In this document: piece by piece, positions 1 through 9,838 of the stretch
How the letters are laid out: every line of letters begins with the position of its first letter
Numbering within the stretch: the stretch's first letter is position 1
Assembly: GCA_963771075.1 (NCBI GenBank)
Contig: CAVYSE010000028.1
Span: 64,001-128,000, forward strand
Direction: 5' to 3'
Length of the DNA: 64,000 nucleotides
DNA from: a candidate division FCPU426 bacterium
Lineage (GTDB): Bacteria > Oederibacteriota > Muellerivitia > Muellerivitales > Muellerivitaceae
Notes under the pieces: generated by a model
Databases searched by the model: none
What the model was told of the DNA's origin: nothing
Seen by the model: only the letters and a program-made list of their open reading frames with translations
Program-made: the position numbers and the translations under genes

Positions 1-144
1 CATGTCCCCCAGGACTGCCAGGAACCTTTCGATGGACTGCTTCACCATGGCGTTATCGGGGGAATAAAGGAAAAAATTGGAAATCGCGATGCGCATTTCC
101 CGAACCAGGACGGCGGCGACCTTGGCTTGTTCGACTGGAAGCAT
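1..144 (-). CDS. N-terminal part of a hypothetical protein running off the left edge (MLPVEQAKVAAVLVREMRIAISNFFLYSPDNAMVKQSIERF...)
   Basis: Open frame on the minus strand from ATG at 144, with a purine-rich RBS-like sequence upstream; translated by hand. Confidence 0.6.
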   Translation of the reverse strand, partial: MLPVEQAKVAAVLVREMRIAISNFFLYSPDNAMVKQSIERFLAVLGDM

Positions 145-294
145 CCGCGGCCTTCTTTCAGGAAGGAATCTTCGGCAACCCATCAAGTTTCATTTTTATC
201 ACTTCTAACCGCTAGTATAAAAAGCGTTGAGCCCGTCCATAAAGACAATTCATGTGGATACCATGGGTGTTCCTAGAATCGTTAAACGGATGGA

Positions 295-500
295 CTTTGA
301 CCCCTACCCGCGCGTTCAAGCGTCAAGGGACGACCCTTCAGGTCACCCCTCGGCCGGGGAAACCCCGGCCAAGTACACGCCCAGTTTCCATTTAAATAAT
401 TTTAACTTTAAGAACTAGGCGGCTTGTCCCCGGCTAAAGCCGGGGCCTGAAAACAGCCGGTTAAAATTTTCTTCCCACGAAGACAGGGCGGCTCAATAGT
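295..500 (+). ncRNA. Candidate structured leader RNA of unknown class
   Basis: Several hairpins: aaggg-ACGA-ccctt, ggccgggg-aaa-ccccggcc, ccccggct-aa-agccgggg, and an aattttaac/gttaaaatt stem. Confidence 0.3.
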
Positions 501-511
501 GTTTAAAATCA

Positions 512-727
512 CATGCTTATCCGAACAGCGCCCGTTGGTTAATGGACTTTTGTATTCATCCGCAAGCCATACACTGTTCTCCCACTCTGAAAGAGGGGGA
601 AAAAGGGGGAGTTAGCTTTTCCGCCAATTCCACCGTAACGGCTAACACCCCCCTTCCCCCCTTTTTCAAAGGGGGATATTGAAAAGCCGTTTTCGCGAAA
701 CTAGCGGGCGCTGTTCGGATAAGCATG
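512..727. mobile_element. MITE, 216 bp, non-autonomous
   Basis: 23-bp perfect TIR catgcttatccgaacagcgcccg (512-534 / 705-727); 8-bp direct repeat TAAAATCA at 504-511 and 728-735. Confidence 0.85.
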
Positions 728-760
728 TAAAATCATGATCGTGTTCGCACAGGAGGGGAA

Positions 761-1189
761 ATGGGATCACCGTGGGGTTTGGTCTACTTAACCGCTTTTT
801 TCTTCGGCCTCTATAATATATTCACCCGCGCGGCGGGGCCCAAGATCGGTGGCCTTTTGGGGCCCCTTCTCCTGGAAGGGTTCGCGGCCCTGGTCATCCT
901 GGCCTTTTTTCTTTGGAGAAAATACCAAGGCGCGGTCGAAACAGTGACCACGATGGGGGTGGTCTATTCCCTCGCCGCGGGCCTGAGCGCGGCGGCGGGG
1001 TCGATCGTGTTTTTCCTCGTCTTCTCCCGGGGCGGACAACTCTCCTTGGCAGGCTCCTCCATCCTCGTCGGCAGCGCCCTCTTGACCGTGGCGGGCGGTT
1101 TTTTATTTTTCCGGGAACCCCTGACCCTCACCCGTTTTATTGGAATCGCGTTCGGCTTGATAAGCCTTTATTTGCTGCGGCTGGAATAA
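761..1189 (+). CDS. EamA/DMT-family small membrane transporter
   Basis: 142 aa, about 5 hydrophobic helices, DMT-like C-terminus (FFREPLTLTRFIGI); RBS aggagg. Confidence 0.75.
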   Translation: MGSPWGLVYLTAFFFGLYNIFTRAAGPKIGGLLGPLLLEGFAALVILAFFLWRKYQGAVETVTTMGVVYSLAAGLSAAAGSIVFFLVFSRGGQLSLAGSSILVGSALLTVAGGFLFFREPLTLTRFIGIAFGLISLYLLRLE

Positions 1190-1215
1190 AAAAAGGCGGC
1201 CCGAAGGCCGCCTTC
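1190..1215. terminator. Intrinsic terminator between convergent genes
   Basis: A-tract followed by the hairpin aaggcggcc-cgaa-ggccgcctt. Confidence 0.7.
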
Positions 1216-1239
1216 CATTCTAAAAAAAAGGAAAGCCCG

Positions 1240-1569
1240 TTAATTCATTTTCATGTCCTTCGCGGGAGCAGGCGCGGCGGTGTTATCCACCGGAACTTCC
1301 TTCTTCACCAGGTCCATCTGGCAGTTGGGACACTTGCCGGGCTTATCGCCGGTATAATCGCCCATGGGGCAAACCCAGACCGTCTTCATGGCCTTCTTTT
1401 TCATTTTCTTCTTGGCCTTCCTGCCGGGAGTCGCCACCGGCATCGCGGCTGCGGGCGTGGGAGCAGTCATGGACGTGTCTTTGTTTGCCGTCACGGCCTC
1501 ATCCGCCCAAGCCGACCCGATCGACAGGATGAAAAGCCCCGCCATTACCCCATTCTTTAGCTTTATCAT
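1240..1569 (-). CDS. Secreted heavy-metal-binding domain protein
   Basis: Signal peptide; WVCPM...DKPGKCPNCQMDLV motif. Confidence 0.75.
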   Translation of the reverse strand: MIKLKNGVMAGLFILSIGSAWADEAVTANKDTSMTAPTPAAAMPVATPGRKAKKKMKKKAMKTVWVCPMGDYTGDKPGKCPNCQMDLVKKEVPVDNTAAPAPAKDMKMN

Positions 1570-1729
1570 TTCTCGATTCCTCGTTTCCCTTTGGTTTTCA
1601 TCCCTTACGCAGGAATGAAGATTGACCTGATCGAATCTATATAAGATTGAACGACCTGAATAGTTACCCTTTTTTTAACCGATAGCGCGGCTTCTTTTCC
1701 AGCCCCCCCGATCATTAAAAGGAAAACCC

Positions 1730-2605
1730 CTATTTCTCATTTTCCAAAGCCCGGCGGATGGCTTCCCATTCCTTTTTTCGATCCTCATCCGGCTTGGGAT
1801 ATTCCATCTTAAGATCCTTCAGGCAATGGAGGATCAGGTGGGAAATGACCAGCCGGGAGTTGTATTTATCATCCGCCGGGACGATATGCCAGGGCGCCCT
1901 TTCGGTAGTGGTTTCCGTGAGGCAATCCTCGTAGGCCGACCAGTACTGATCCCAATATTTCCTTTCCTGGATATCGCTCATGCTGAATTTCCAGTTTTTT
2001 TGCGGATCCTCCAACCTAGCCAAAAACCTTTTTCTTTGTTCCTCCTTGGAAAGATGAAGGAAAATCTTGAGGACACGGGTGCCGTTCTCGTGGAGATGCT
2101 TCTCGTATTCCACGATCGACCGGTACCTTCCCTTCCAAAGGCCCTCCTTCCCCAGGAATTCCTCGGGCAATCCCTCATGCCTTAATATCTCCGGGTGGAC
2201 ACGGGCGACGAGAACCTCCTCATAATAAGAGCGGTTGAAAATGCCGATCTTGCCCCTTTCGGGAAGGCTACGGGTAGTGCGCCAAAGGAAATCATGCTCC
2301 AGCTCCTCCGCGCTGGGTTGTTTGAAGCTGGAAACCTGGCATCCCTGGGGATTGATACCCGACATGACATGCTTGATGGCCCCGTCTTTACCCGCCGCGT
2401 CCATCGCCTGGAAAATGAGGAGCAGGGAATACCGGTTGTGGGCATAGAGCAAACCTTGCAAGGCCCGCATCTCGTCAATATCGTGGGCGAGGATCTCTTG
2501 GTAATCCCCCTTGGTTTCGTAAAAAGGGGGAACCCGGGTCGGCCATTTTTTCAGGCTGACCCCATCCCCCTCCTTCACCCGGAAATCCTTTGAATGCAGT
2601 TTCAT
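1730..2605 (-). CDS. ppk2: Polyphosphate kinase 2 family protein
   Basis: [18 protein letters not shown] and [10 protein letters not shown] motifs. Confidence 0.93.
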   Translation of the reverse strand: MKLHSKDFRVKEGDGVSLKKWPTRVPPFYETKGDYQEILAHDIDEMRALQGLLYAHNRYSLLLIFQAMDAAGKDGAIKHVMSGINPQGCQVSSFKQPSAEELEHDFLWRTTRSLPERGKIGIFNRSYYEEVLVARVHPEILRHEGLPEEFLGKEGLWKGRYRSIVEYEKHLHENGTRVLKIFLHLSKEEQRKRFLARLEDPQKNWKFSMSDIQERKYWDQYWSAYEDCLTETTTERAPWHIVPADDKYNSRLVISHLILHCLKDLKMEYPKPDEDRKKEWEAIRRALENEK

Positions 2606-2659
2606 TGATCGACCTCATGATCCAGGGAACCCGTCCCGGCGGTATCCAACCCCGCTTCT

Positions 2660-3262
2660 CTAATCCTTGCCTCGGCCACGCGCGATGGCCCCGATGGCCA
2701 TCCCCATCAGGATGATGGACAGCCAAACCAAGAAACGTCCGTTGGTCCCGAGGGTTACCCCGAACTTTTGGCTGACGAACTGGCCCAACAGGTACCCCAG
2801 AAAGCCGCCAAGCGCGGAAAAGAAAAGAACACCGGCGAGCCGGACGAGGGTGAAATATTTTCGGCTGATGCCCAAAACCGGCTGTACAAGCGGGAAATAA
2901 ATGAGGGCGAACAATACCCCCAGAATCAACGCGTTACCCGTCAGGCTTTTGAGGAAGGGGCTTCCCCAATAATAAAAACCACAGGTCAGCCACAGGTAAC
3001 AGGATATTCCCAACCCCCAACTTAGTACAAAGCTCAAGGGCCAAAGGACGAGTCCCAAGCAACCACCGGCCGCCTTCCAACGGTAAACATAAAAGAGGGG
3101 ATAAGCGACCGTGAATAACAGGGCGTTATAGCGAAAGTTAAGGTTCCATAGGGGCTGGGCAATGGGATGGGACTGGATATAAAGGTAACCCGCCAAGGCG
3201 AACCCCTCAAATATGAGAAGCCGGACAAGGGACCTTTCTTGCTTCTTCTCCGGGTCACCCAT
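2660..3262 (-). CDS. Hypothetical membrane protein, paralog of the next gene
   Basis: Multiple TM helices; similar to 3267-3929 (AYPLFY/VYPLLY, WLSIILMG/WIILILIG). Confidence 0.65.
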   Translation of the reverse strand: MGDPEKKQERSLVRLLIFEGFALAGYLYIQSHPIAQPLWNLNFRYNALLFTVAYPLFYVYRWKAAGGCLGLVLWPLSFVLSWGLGISCYLWLTCGFYYWGSPFLKSLTGNALILGVLFALIYFPLVQPVLGISRKYFTLVRLAGVLFFSALGGFLGYLLGQFVSQKFGVTLGTNGRFLVWLSIILMGMAIGAIARGRGKD

Positions 3263-3266
3263 GCGA

Positions 3267-3929
3267 TCAACCTTTTCTCGTCTTATTACCGAACCATACG
3301 ACCGCGCCCATGCCGATCAGGATGAGGATGATCCAGATGAGCCCCCGGGTCTCGTCGTCACCCAAAAACATCCCCCACTTGGTGTCCAATGTGCGGCCCA
3401 AATAAAAACCGCCTACCACGCCGCTGACCGAATCGGAGATCATGCCCACCGCGCCCCAAAAAGTATGGTGCACCCGGCTCAGGCCCCAAAGGTGTTCCAC
3501 GAAAAAGAAATAATCGAACACGAAAAAGGGCCCTAAAAACATATAGTCGTTCCTGAAGACCTGGAAGCAAGGGGTCATTCCCAGGGAAAAACCCGTGGAA
3601 TAAAGGCCATAAGCGACCCACATGAAAAAACAACCCAACAGGATAATACGCAGAACGAGGCTCAAAGGCGAAACGAGGAACCGCAACACAAGAGGAAGCT
3701 TCAATTGTTTATAGAAATAGAGCAGGGGATAGACCGCGATAAAGACCACCGCGTTGGCTAAAAAAATCAGGGGGGTAGGGTCGTTGGCGGGGGCGTATTG
3801 GAGGATGTGCAGGAACCCGACAATGCCCAGGATTTCCCAAAGAATGAACCGCGCGAAAGAAGGGGGGTGAGGGAGGATCTCTTCCGGGGCCATCTCGGCC
3901 TCTCTTTCTCCACTTAATGGGTTGCTCAT
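3267..3929 (-). CDS. Hypothetical membrane protein
   Basis: 220 aa, multi-TM, 4 bp from its paralog. Confidence 0.65.
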   Translation of the reverse strand: MSNPLSGEREAEMAPEEILPHPPSFARFILWEILGIVGFLHILQYAPANDPTPLIFLANAVVFIAVYPLLYFYKQLKLPLVLRFLVSPLSLVLRIILLGCFFMWVAYGLYSTGFSLGMTPCFQVFRNDYMFLGPFFVFDYFFFVEHLWGLSRVHHTFWGAVGMISDSVSGVVGGFYLGRTLDTKWGMFLGDDETRGLIWIILILIGMGAVVWFGNKTRKG

Positions 3930-4065
3930 CCGCTAACGGCAATGGCTTCAATATTATAGGAGTAACCCTCGCGGACGAGACCCCGCGTTGGCTTTTTTTC
4001 GAAGGAGGGCCATGGATTAACCTTGAATTGCGCTCTTTATTATTTTATGAGCCCTGATTCCATCC

Positions 4066-4395
4066 TCAATGGTCGCAGGACCCAGCGCGTTTTTCGGTGA
4101 CTTGCCCGCAGGAGAAGCAGGAATATATGAATAGAATCCCTTCCGAGTCCACGCGAGACGACTGGGCATGGACCCTTCCCCCGCACCAAGCGCAAAAGGA
4201 TTTCTGCCATTGGGGCCGGGTGGTCGCCCAAAGCAGGCCCGCGCCCACCAGGATCTCCAATGCGAAGAGCCGTTCCGCCATTCGAAAGGTCAGGCCCCAA
4301 TAGATCCACAGCAGGGACCCGCCCATGATCGCGGCCAGGAACCACATTAAAAAAAAAATTTTCCAGGGCACGCGACCCACCCATTTTGCTGTCAT
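4066..4395 (-). CDS. Small membrane protein with C-terminal zinc-ribbon-like motif
   Basis: Two TM helices, then CAWC...CFSC; RBS ggaagg. Confidence 0.55.
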   Translation of the reverse strand: MTAKWVGRVPWKIFFLMWFLAAIMGGSLLWIYWGLTFRMAERLFALEILVGAGLLWATTRPQWQKSFCAWCGGRVHAQSSRVDSEGILFIYSCFSCGQVTEKRAGSCDH

Positions 4396-4611
4396 GGCTC
4401 ATACCCTTCCACGGTTTGGATTGACGTTGGTCCCTTCAATATGACGCAGATCATGACGATGGGGAACCCCTTACCGATGGTAACTACAACCCCATCTAAA
4501 ATTAGGTCTCTCGGAAAAGGGCCGTTTAAAAGAATTTTTCTTTTTAGAACATAGTTACACAAAGATACTATCTACCCGAAATTTTCATAAACGTAACAAT
4601 ATTTTTTAAAG

Positions 4612-4627
4612 TGTGACCTGCGTCACA
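4612..4627. promoter_or_regulatory. CRP/FNR-family binding site with CRP consensus
   Basis: TGTGA-cctgcg-TCACA with AT-rich flanks, upstream of the yceI operon; tatact at 4642-4647. Confidence 0.7.
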
Positions 4628-4751
4628 TTACAAACCGACCCTATACTTTAAAACTCACTCAACAGGCCTTTTGACCTCCCGGCGCGAGACCCTGATCCGG
4701 GGAGAAAAAGTCCATCGGAAAAAACCCGAAAGAACACAAGGAGAAAAGAAA

Positions 4752-5531
4752 ATGAAATCAAACAACGTAGGAATCATCCTCGCGGTCGCAACCACCCTCA
4801 GCACCCTGGCCTGGGCGGAATCAACACCCGTTTCGACCCCCGCGAAAAGTTCATGGACTGGCAACCAGCTGACCTCGGGTTTGGCTTCCGTTCCGGCCAC
4901 CGAAAGGCCCGCCACCGTCATCGGCCCGGTCGTGAGCGTCACTGCCAAAAAAGGCTCCTCACTCCTGGTCTTGCGGTCCGGCAGCGCCCTCTACATGGTG
5001 GGCGATTCCACCCTGCATAAATATGAGATGGGAGCCAAGTCGCTGCAAGGCTCGGCGGTCATCAAAGCTTCCGCCGCATCGCTCAACACCGACGAGGGAC
5101 TTGTCGCCGCCCTCAAAGCCGGCAAGGCCGAGGCCATGGCCCTGACGGTCCCGGTCAACATGTTCAAATCGAAGGAATCGGGCCTGGACGACAACGCCTA
5201 CAAGGCCCTGAACGCCACCCAATATCCGGAGATCCAATTCGCCCTCACGAGCGAGACCCTGGTGGACGGCAAAACCGCTGACACTTATGTGATGACCGCC
5301 CAGGGAACCTTGACCATCTCGGGCGTGACCCAGCCCGTCATCCTGACCGCCGACACCACGGTCAAGAACGGCGTCATCCGCTTGAAGGGCGTGCAGGCAC
5401 TGAAAATGACCGATTTCAAAATCACCCCGCCCGTGTTCAGCCTGTTGGTGACATCCATCAAGTGCACGGACGATATCGAGATCCACTACGACGTGTCTTT
5501 CGCCATCGCGGGAGAGGTGCCGGTGAAATAG
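4752..5531 (+). CDS. YceI-family periplasmic protein
   Basis: Signal peptide; GDSTLH, LDDNAYKALNATQYPEI, GTLTISGVT and MTDFKITPP motifs; start set at ATG 4752 after the RBS. Confidence 0.85.
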   Translation: MKSNNVGIILAVATTLSTLAWAESTPVSTPAKSSWTGNQLTSGLASVPATERPATVIGPVVSVTAKKGSSLLVLRSGSALYMVGDSTLHKYEMGAKSLQGSAVIKASAASLNTDEGLVAALKAGKAEAMALTVPVNMFKSKESGLDDNAYKALNATQYPEIQFALTSETLVDGKTADTYVMTAQGTLTISGVTQPVILTADTTVKNGVIRLKGVQALKMTDFKITPPVFSLLVTSIKCTDDIEIHYDVSFAIAGEVPVK

Positions 5532-5658
5532 GAAAGCGACGGCCCGGGCCTTCTCCCTGAGGGGGCCCGGAAAAGGAAGTGGCAGGAAGGTTTTTCCAAA
5601 CCCGGGGGAGCCGGGGGAATGAGAAGCCCAAAGAAGTAAAAAAACGGAGGAGAATAAG

Positions 5659-7149
5659 ATGAAAACTTTTCAGAAAGTGCTGATGGCGGCCTTGTTGCTG
5701 CTGGGCTTCTTGCCCCGCGTCCACGCCGCTGAGATTTTCAAGAATGACGACCTCGACATTTCTCTCGGCGGACGCATTCAGGAATTGGGTGAAATGGAGC
5801 TGGTCACGGATGACTCGATTCGAAACCATTTCCGAGTCTATTGCTGGAACTACGAAGACCGTCTTTTCACGAGCGGCGACTATCAAGGTTACAAATGGAA
5901 TTTCGAAGTCGATTTTGGCGGGGAGGATGTCGCCAATTCCACCAACGGTTCCTTTGACCTTCTGGATGCCTATGTGGATATTCCCCTCATCCCTGACATG
6001 GTGACAATCAAGGTCGGCCAATTTCGCGACCCAACCGAATTGGAAAGCGCCACCTACGACGGGAACCAGCTTTTCACTGAAAAGTCCCCCAACTTCAACC
6101 TCTTCTTCAACGAGGGATATGACACCGGGGTCGCCCTTTACGGCCATATCGGCAATTTGGATGGCGCCGCTGGATTGGTTCAGGGCGCACCGGACCTTCC
6201 CCAGCGTTATTTGCCCGAGATCGCCAACATTCCCTTGCCCATGTTCTTGCGCATCGGCTACAACGACGGGATCACCGACGATCCTTTCCATCAGAAGCAA
6301 ACCGGCTTTGCCAAACCGGACCGGGCTTTATTCGCCATCCACGCCAACGGGTATGTCGCGGCTGACAGCAACGCGGGCCACGGGGACCTCTTCAGCCAAA
6401 TGGGCGGAGGCTTGGCCACCTTCAATGCCAACAGTTATTTCGGGAACGTCCTGCTTTCAAAGACTTTTAACCCCTATTTGGGAGCGGATTCGGCTTCAAC
6501 ACCCGTTACCGAGAACTATTACCAGGCTGGGTTGGACTTCCAATTCCGCTCTCCCTTAGCCGACACCACCTTCACCTGCACCGGCGAGGTCATGATTGGG
6601 CATTACGACATCACGGTCTCGACCCCAATGATCGCCGGGGTCCCGACGGGGTTCATTCCCTCGGCAACGACGAACGCCTTGGGCGCTATTCCGGTAACAG
6701 CCGTGCCGGGAAGCCAGTATGCCTTGAACATCGGCGGCGGCGAGTTGACCGCCTCCATCGGCGACAAGCCCTGGGAATTGGCGGGACGTCTTGCCGTGGT
6801 CATTCCGGACAGCGGGATGATGGGAACGCAGGCAGGCGGGTCCTATAACAATTTCACGATGAACGGCACCAAATACACCAGCTACTACTTTAACCCGATC
6901 TTCCCGAACGGCAATCCGATCTGGGAAGTCACCTTCCCCTCGATTACCTGGCACATGAACGACGATTGCAAGCTCGTCGCGGAAACCATGTTCATGTTCA
7001 ACGAGGCCGAGGCGGAGGACGTCGACGGCAACTATGTCATCGCGGAGATGCCTGGTTCGGCCACCAGCGCCACCGCAGGGTATCGGGCGAACAACATCGA
7101 GGCCGGATTTGTGCCTATCGGCCGCATGATGTTTCAGCTGCAGTTCTAG
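5659..7149 (+). CDS. Outer-membrane porin-like beta-barrel protein
   Basis: Signal peptide; LLDAYVD and IKVGQF motifs of phosphate-porin-like proteins; C-terminal FQLQF. Confidence 0.7.
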   Translation: MKTFQKVLMAALLLLGFLPRVHAAEIFKNDDLDISLGGRIQELGEMELVTDDSIRNHFRVYCWNYEDRLFTSGDYQGYKWNFEVDFGGEDVANSTNGSFDLLDAYVDIPLIPDMVTIKVGQFRDPTELESATYDGNQLFTEKSPNFNLFFNEGYDTGVALYGHIGNLDGAAGLVQGAPDLPQRYLPEIANIPLPMFLRIGYNDGITDDPFHQKQTGFAKPDRALFAIHANGYVAADSNAGHGDLFSQMGGGLATFNANSYFGNVLLSKTFNPYLGADSASTPVTENYYQAGLDFQFRSPLADTTFTCTGEVMIGHYDITVSTPMIAGVPTGFIPSATTNALGAIPVTAVPGSQYALNIGGGELTASIGDKPWELAGRLAVVIPDSGMMGTQAGGSYNNFTMNGTKYTSYYFNPIFPNGNPIWEVTFPSITWHMNDDCKLVAETMFMFNEAEAEDVDGNYVIAEMPGSATSATAGYRANNIEAGFVPIGRMMFQLQF

Positions 7150-7162
7150 GAAAGAGGGGCCC

Positions 7163-8011
7163 ATGAGGGGAAAAAGCTTCGTTCCATACCTCCTCAGGGC
7201 TGTTGTGGCAGTCGCCTGTGCCGCGCTCTCCTGCGGCACAGGCGCCGCTGCCGATGATATTTCGCTGGCCTTTTACGAGGGCTACGGCCATTACAAGGTC
7301 GAGGGCTCTTTCTTCGTCGATGCCGACGCGCAAACCGCCTGGGATGTCCTGACCAATTACGAGCGCATCCCCGATTTTGTCCACAGCATGAAAATCAGCA
7401 AGGTCGAGCAGCGCAGCAACAATGATCTGGTCCTCCGCCAGGAAGGCGAAGGAAGCTTCCTTTTTTTCTCCAAACGAATCCATCTGCTCATGAACGTCCA
7501 CGAACAGCCCCAAACGAACAGCATCATCTTTACCGACACCAGCCACAAGGATTTCGATTCCTACCAGGGCACCTGGAAGATCACCCCTTCCGATTACGGC
7601 CATGGTCTGGAGGTCATTTATACCCTTGACGCGGACCAGAATTTCTCTGCGCCCGCTTTCATCGCCTCGGACGTGGTCAAAGGTAATGTGCAGGATCTGT
7701 TGCGATCGTTGAAAAAAGAGATCGCCCAACGGCAGATGGCCACGGACCAGGAGTTGGCCGCCAAAGCCCTTCAAAACGCTAAAATCATTCCCTCCAAGCT
7801 GGCCTTGGCCTTAAAAAGCGGGAACGCGGTGGACAGCCTTTCAGTTCAGTGGACCCCTCAGGCTCTCCTCCCGCTAACCCAATCCCGGAATTCCCCTACC
7901 GAGTCAGGGGTTTCTGAAAAGAGGAGGCGCCTCCCTCTCCCCTCTTTTTCCCTTCCGGGCTCTCCAGGGAAGAGGCCTTCCCCAGTTTTCCAAAACCAAA
8001 CTTTCGCTTGA
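7163..8011 (+). CDS. SRPBCC/START (polyketide cyclase-like) domain protein, secreted
   Basis: AWDVLTNYERIPDFV and DFDSYQGTW motifs; C-terminal tail overlaps the dinB 3' end, so the end is uncertain. Confidence 0.75.
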   Translation: MRGKSFVPYLLRAVVAVACAALSCGTGAAADDISLAFYEGYGHYKVEGSFFVDADAQTAWDVLTNYERIPDFVHSMKISKVEQRSNNDLVLRQEGEGSFLFFSKRIHLLMNVHEQPQTNSIIFTDTSHKDFDSYQGTWKITPSDYGHGLEVIYTLDADQNFSAPAFIASDVVKGNVQDLLRSLKKEIAQRQMATDQELAAKALQNAKIIPSKLALALKSGNAVDSLSVQWTPQALLPLTQSRNSPTESGVSEKRRRLPLPSFSLPGSPGKRPSPVFQNQTFA

Positions 8012-9141
8012 TGGAATCAACGCTTTTAAATAGTTTTTCTTTCCGGGGGTCGCCCATTTCGGGAAAAAGCCAATTCTCCCCTTCTTCCTGCTCAAATTTG
8101 GAAAGGGACACCCCCAACAACCTGATCTTTCGGCCGCGAAGATCCTCTTCGTTTAATAGTTCCTCCGCGGTCAAGCAAAACCACCGCGTCATCGTGGGTA
8201 GCGCCGAGGGTCCGGGCCCGGGTCAGGGTTTGGAAATTCTCAAACCTTAATTTCAGCGTGACGGTCCGCGCCTTTTTCCCCAATCTCCGCAACCGGTAGC
8301 AGCTTTTCTCGGACAGCCATGCCAGGGTTTGACGGATTTGAAGCGGGTCGGAGATGTCATGGTCAAAGGTCGTCTCATGGCCCACGCTTTTGGACGGATG
8401 AAAGGGCGCCACGGGAGAATCATCCACCCCACGGGCTACTTCCCACAGCCAATGGCCGGCCGAGACCCCGAAGGTTTCTTCCAGTAATTTCCGAGGTGCC
8501 TTCAACAGATCCCCAATTTGGTGGATGCCCAATTGCTTTAAACGCGGTTGTGTTTTTTCTCCCGCCCCATGTAAACGCTCGATGGGCAGGGGGTTTAAAA
8601 ACGCCTGCTCCTCCCCTTCGGGCACGACGATCCATCCTGTTTTGGATCCCGAGGAGGGTTTTACAGTCTTGCCCGCGATCTTGGCCACGTACTTGTTGGA
8701 AGCGATCGCGACCGAACAGGTCAATTTTGTTCTTTCCAGGATGGCATCCTTGACCCTTTGGGCCATCCGGCCCCTATCCTCCCCGAACATGGCCTCGCAA
8801 CCCGTGAAATCGAGATAAAACTCGTCGATGGAGGCGTATTCCACCACCGGCGCGATTCGCCTCAGAAGGGCGTAAACCTTGCGGGAATATTTGGAGTAGA
8901 GTTTGTATTCACCCGGAACAAAGATCGCCTGGGGACAAAGCTTTTGAGCCGTGAGGAGAGGCATCCCCGATTTGACCCCGAACGGGCGTGCTTCGTAGGA
9001 AGCCGAACAAACAACCCCCCGTTCGCCTTTTCTTCCCCCCACGATCACCGGTTTTCCCCGAAGGGCGGGGTTAACCAATCGTTCGCAGGAAACGAAAAAG
9101 GAATCCATATCCACGTGGGCGACGAGGCGGGCCATAGGCAT
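7896..9141 (-). pseudogene. dinB: DNA polymerase IV, split by a frameshift near 8177-8180
   Basis: HVDMDSFF, SYEAR and SIDEFY motifs in 8092-9141; the C-terminus (IRLLGVSLS...VDSIKRKFG) continues in another frame to 7896. Confidence 0.85.
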
Positions 9142-9192
9142 ACACTAGTATTCCTTTGACCGCCCGTCAACGGCTTAACGAGACGGAGGGGC

Positions 9193-9678
9193 CTAATTTC
9201 GCTTGAAAGTCAGGGTCATCTTGGACCCATTCGGAAGGGTCGGCGGTTCCGGTTTGACCTTAATTTGCTGGGCTTGCCGCTGTCTCTCCAGGGTTTGAAT
9301 CCTTAAAAAGTCCTCTTTATTGACAGCCGCGAAATGGATTTCGGCCCTGAACACGGGTCTTTTCAACTCGAAAAAGGTTTCCATCTTAATGACCCGGGCC
9401 AAGACGCGCATCTTGGTCTTATGCCGGGCGACGAACATGTGTACTTCCAGAATTTCCTTTGGGCTGAAAACGCTGTCCCCGGTCAAGAAAAGATCACCGT
9501 AGGAAACCCGCTTGTCGATGACGAAATAAAGACTTTCATCCGGGTTGGCCTCGGAGGACCGGTTGAATAGTTTTTTTCGAGGTGTTTTCTTGACCTTCGT
9601 CCGGTGGTATTTGACCTCGACGATGGACTGCACGACCCCTTGAACATGCTTTTCCAGCCAACCGGTCTTTTGCCTCAT
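9193..9678 (-). CDS. Hypothetical protein, PilZ-like
   Basis: 161 aa; VSYGDLFL...VLARVI...AEIHF pattern resembles a PilZ beta-barrel. Confidence 0.45.
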   Translation of the reverse strand: MRQKTGWLEKHVQGVVQSIVEVKYHRTKVKKTPRKKLFNRSSEANPDESLYFVIDKRVSYGDLFLTGDSVFSPKEILEVHMFVARHKTKMRVLARVIKMETFFELKRPVFRAEIHFAAVNKEDFLRIQTLERQRQAQQIKVKPEPPTLPNGSKMTLTFKRN

Positions 9679-9838
9679 CCGTCTCCCCTTTTAATTCAGG
9701 TTATCCATTGATAGGCTCCCAAATAATAACAATTCTAACGTCTGGATTGCCTCCAACTTCAGTCCTAGAAGTCACTTTGTTTAATAAAGACCGCACTGAC
9801 TCGACTCCCTTGAGCTTGAACGTTTAAGTGAAAAGAAA

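Noticed and set aside
324..340. Guanidine-II (mini-ykkC) riboswitch
   Set aside because: Only one ACGA-loop hairpin is present; the class needs two adjacent ones close to the RBS.
227..418. 63-aa ORF
   Set aside because: TTG start without an RBS, overlaps the hairpin-rich region, no recognisable motif.
295..500. 6S RNA, tmRNA or group II intron domain V
   Set aside because: No convincing long closing stem, tRNA-like ends with tag frame, or complete domain V hairpin could be built by eye.
1622..1636. FNR-like site ttgacctgatcgaa
   Set aside because: Too many mismatches to TTGAT-N4-ATCAA to support.
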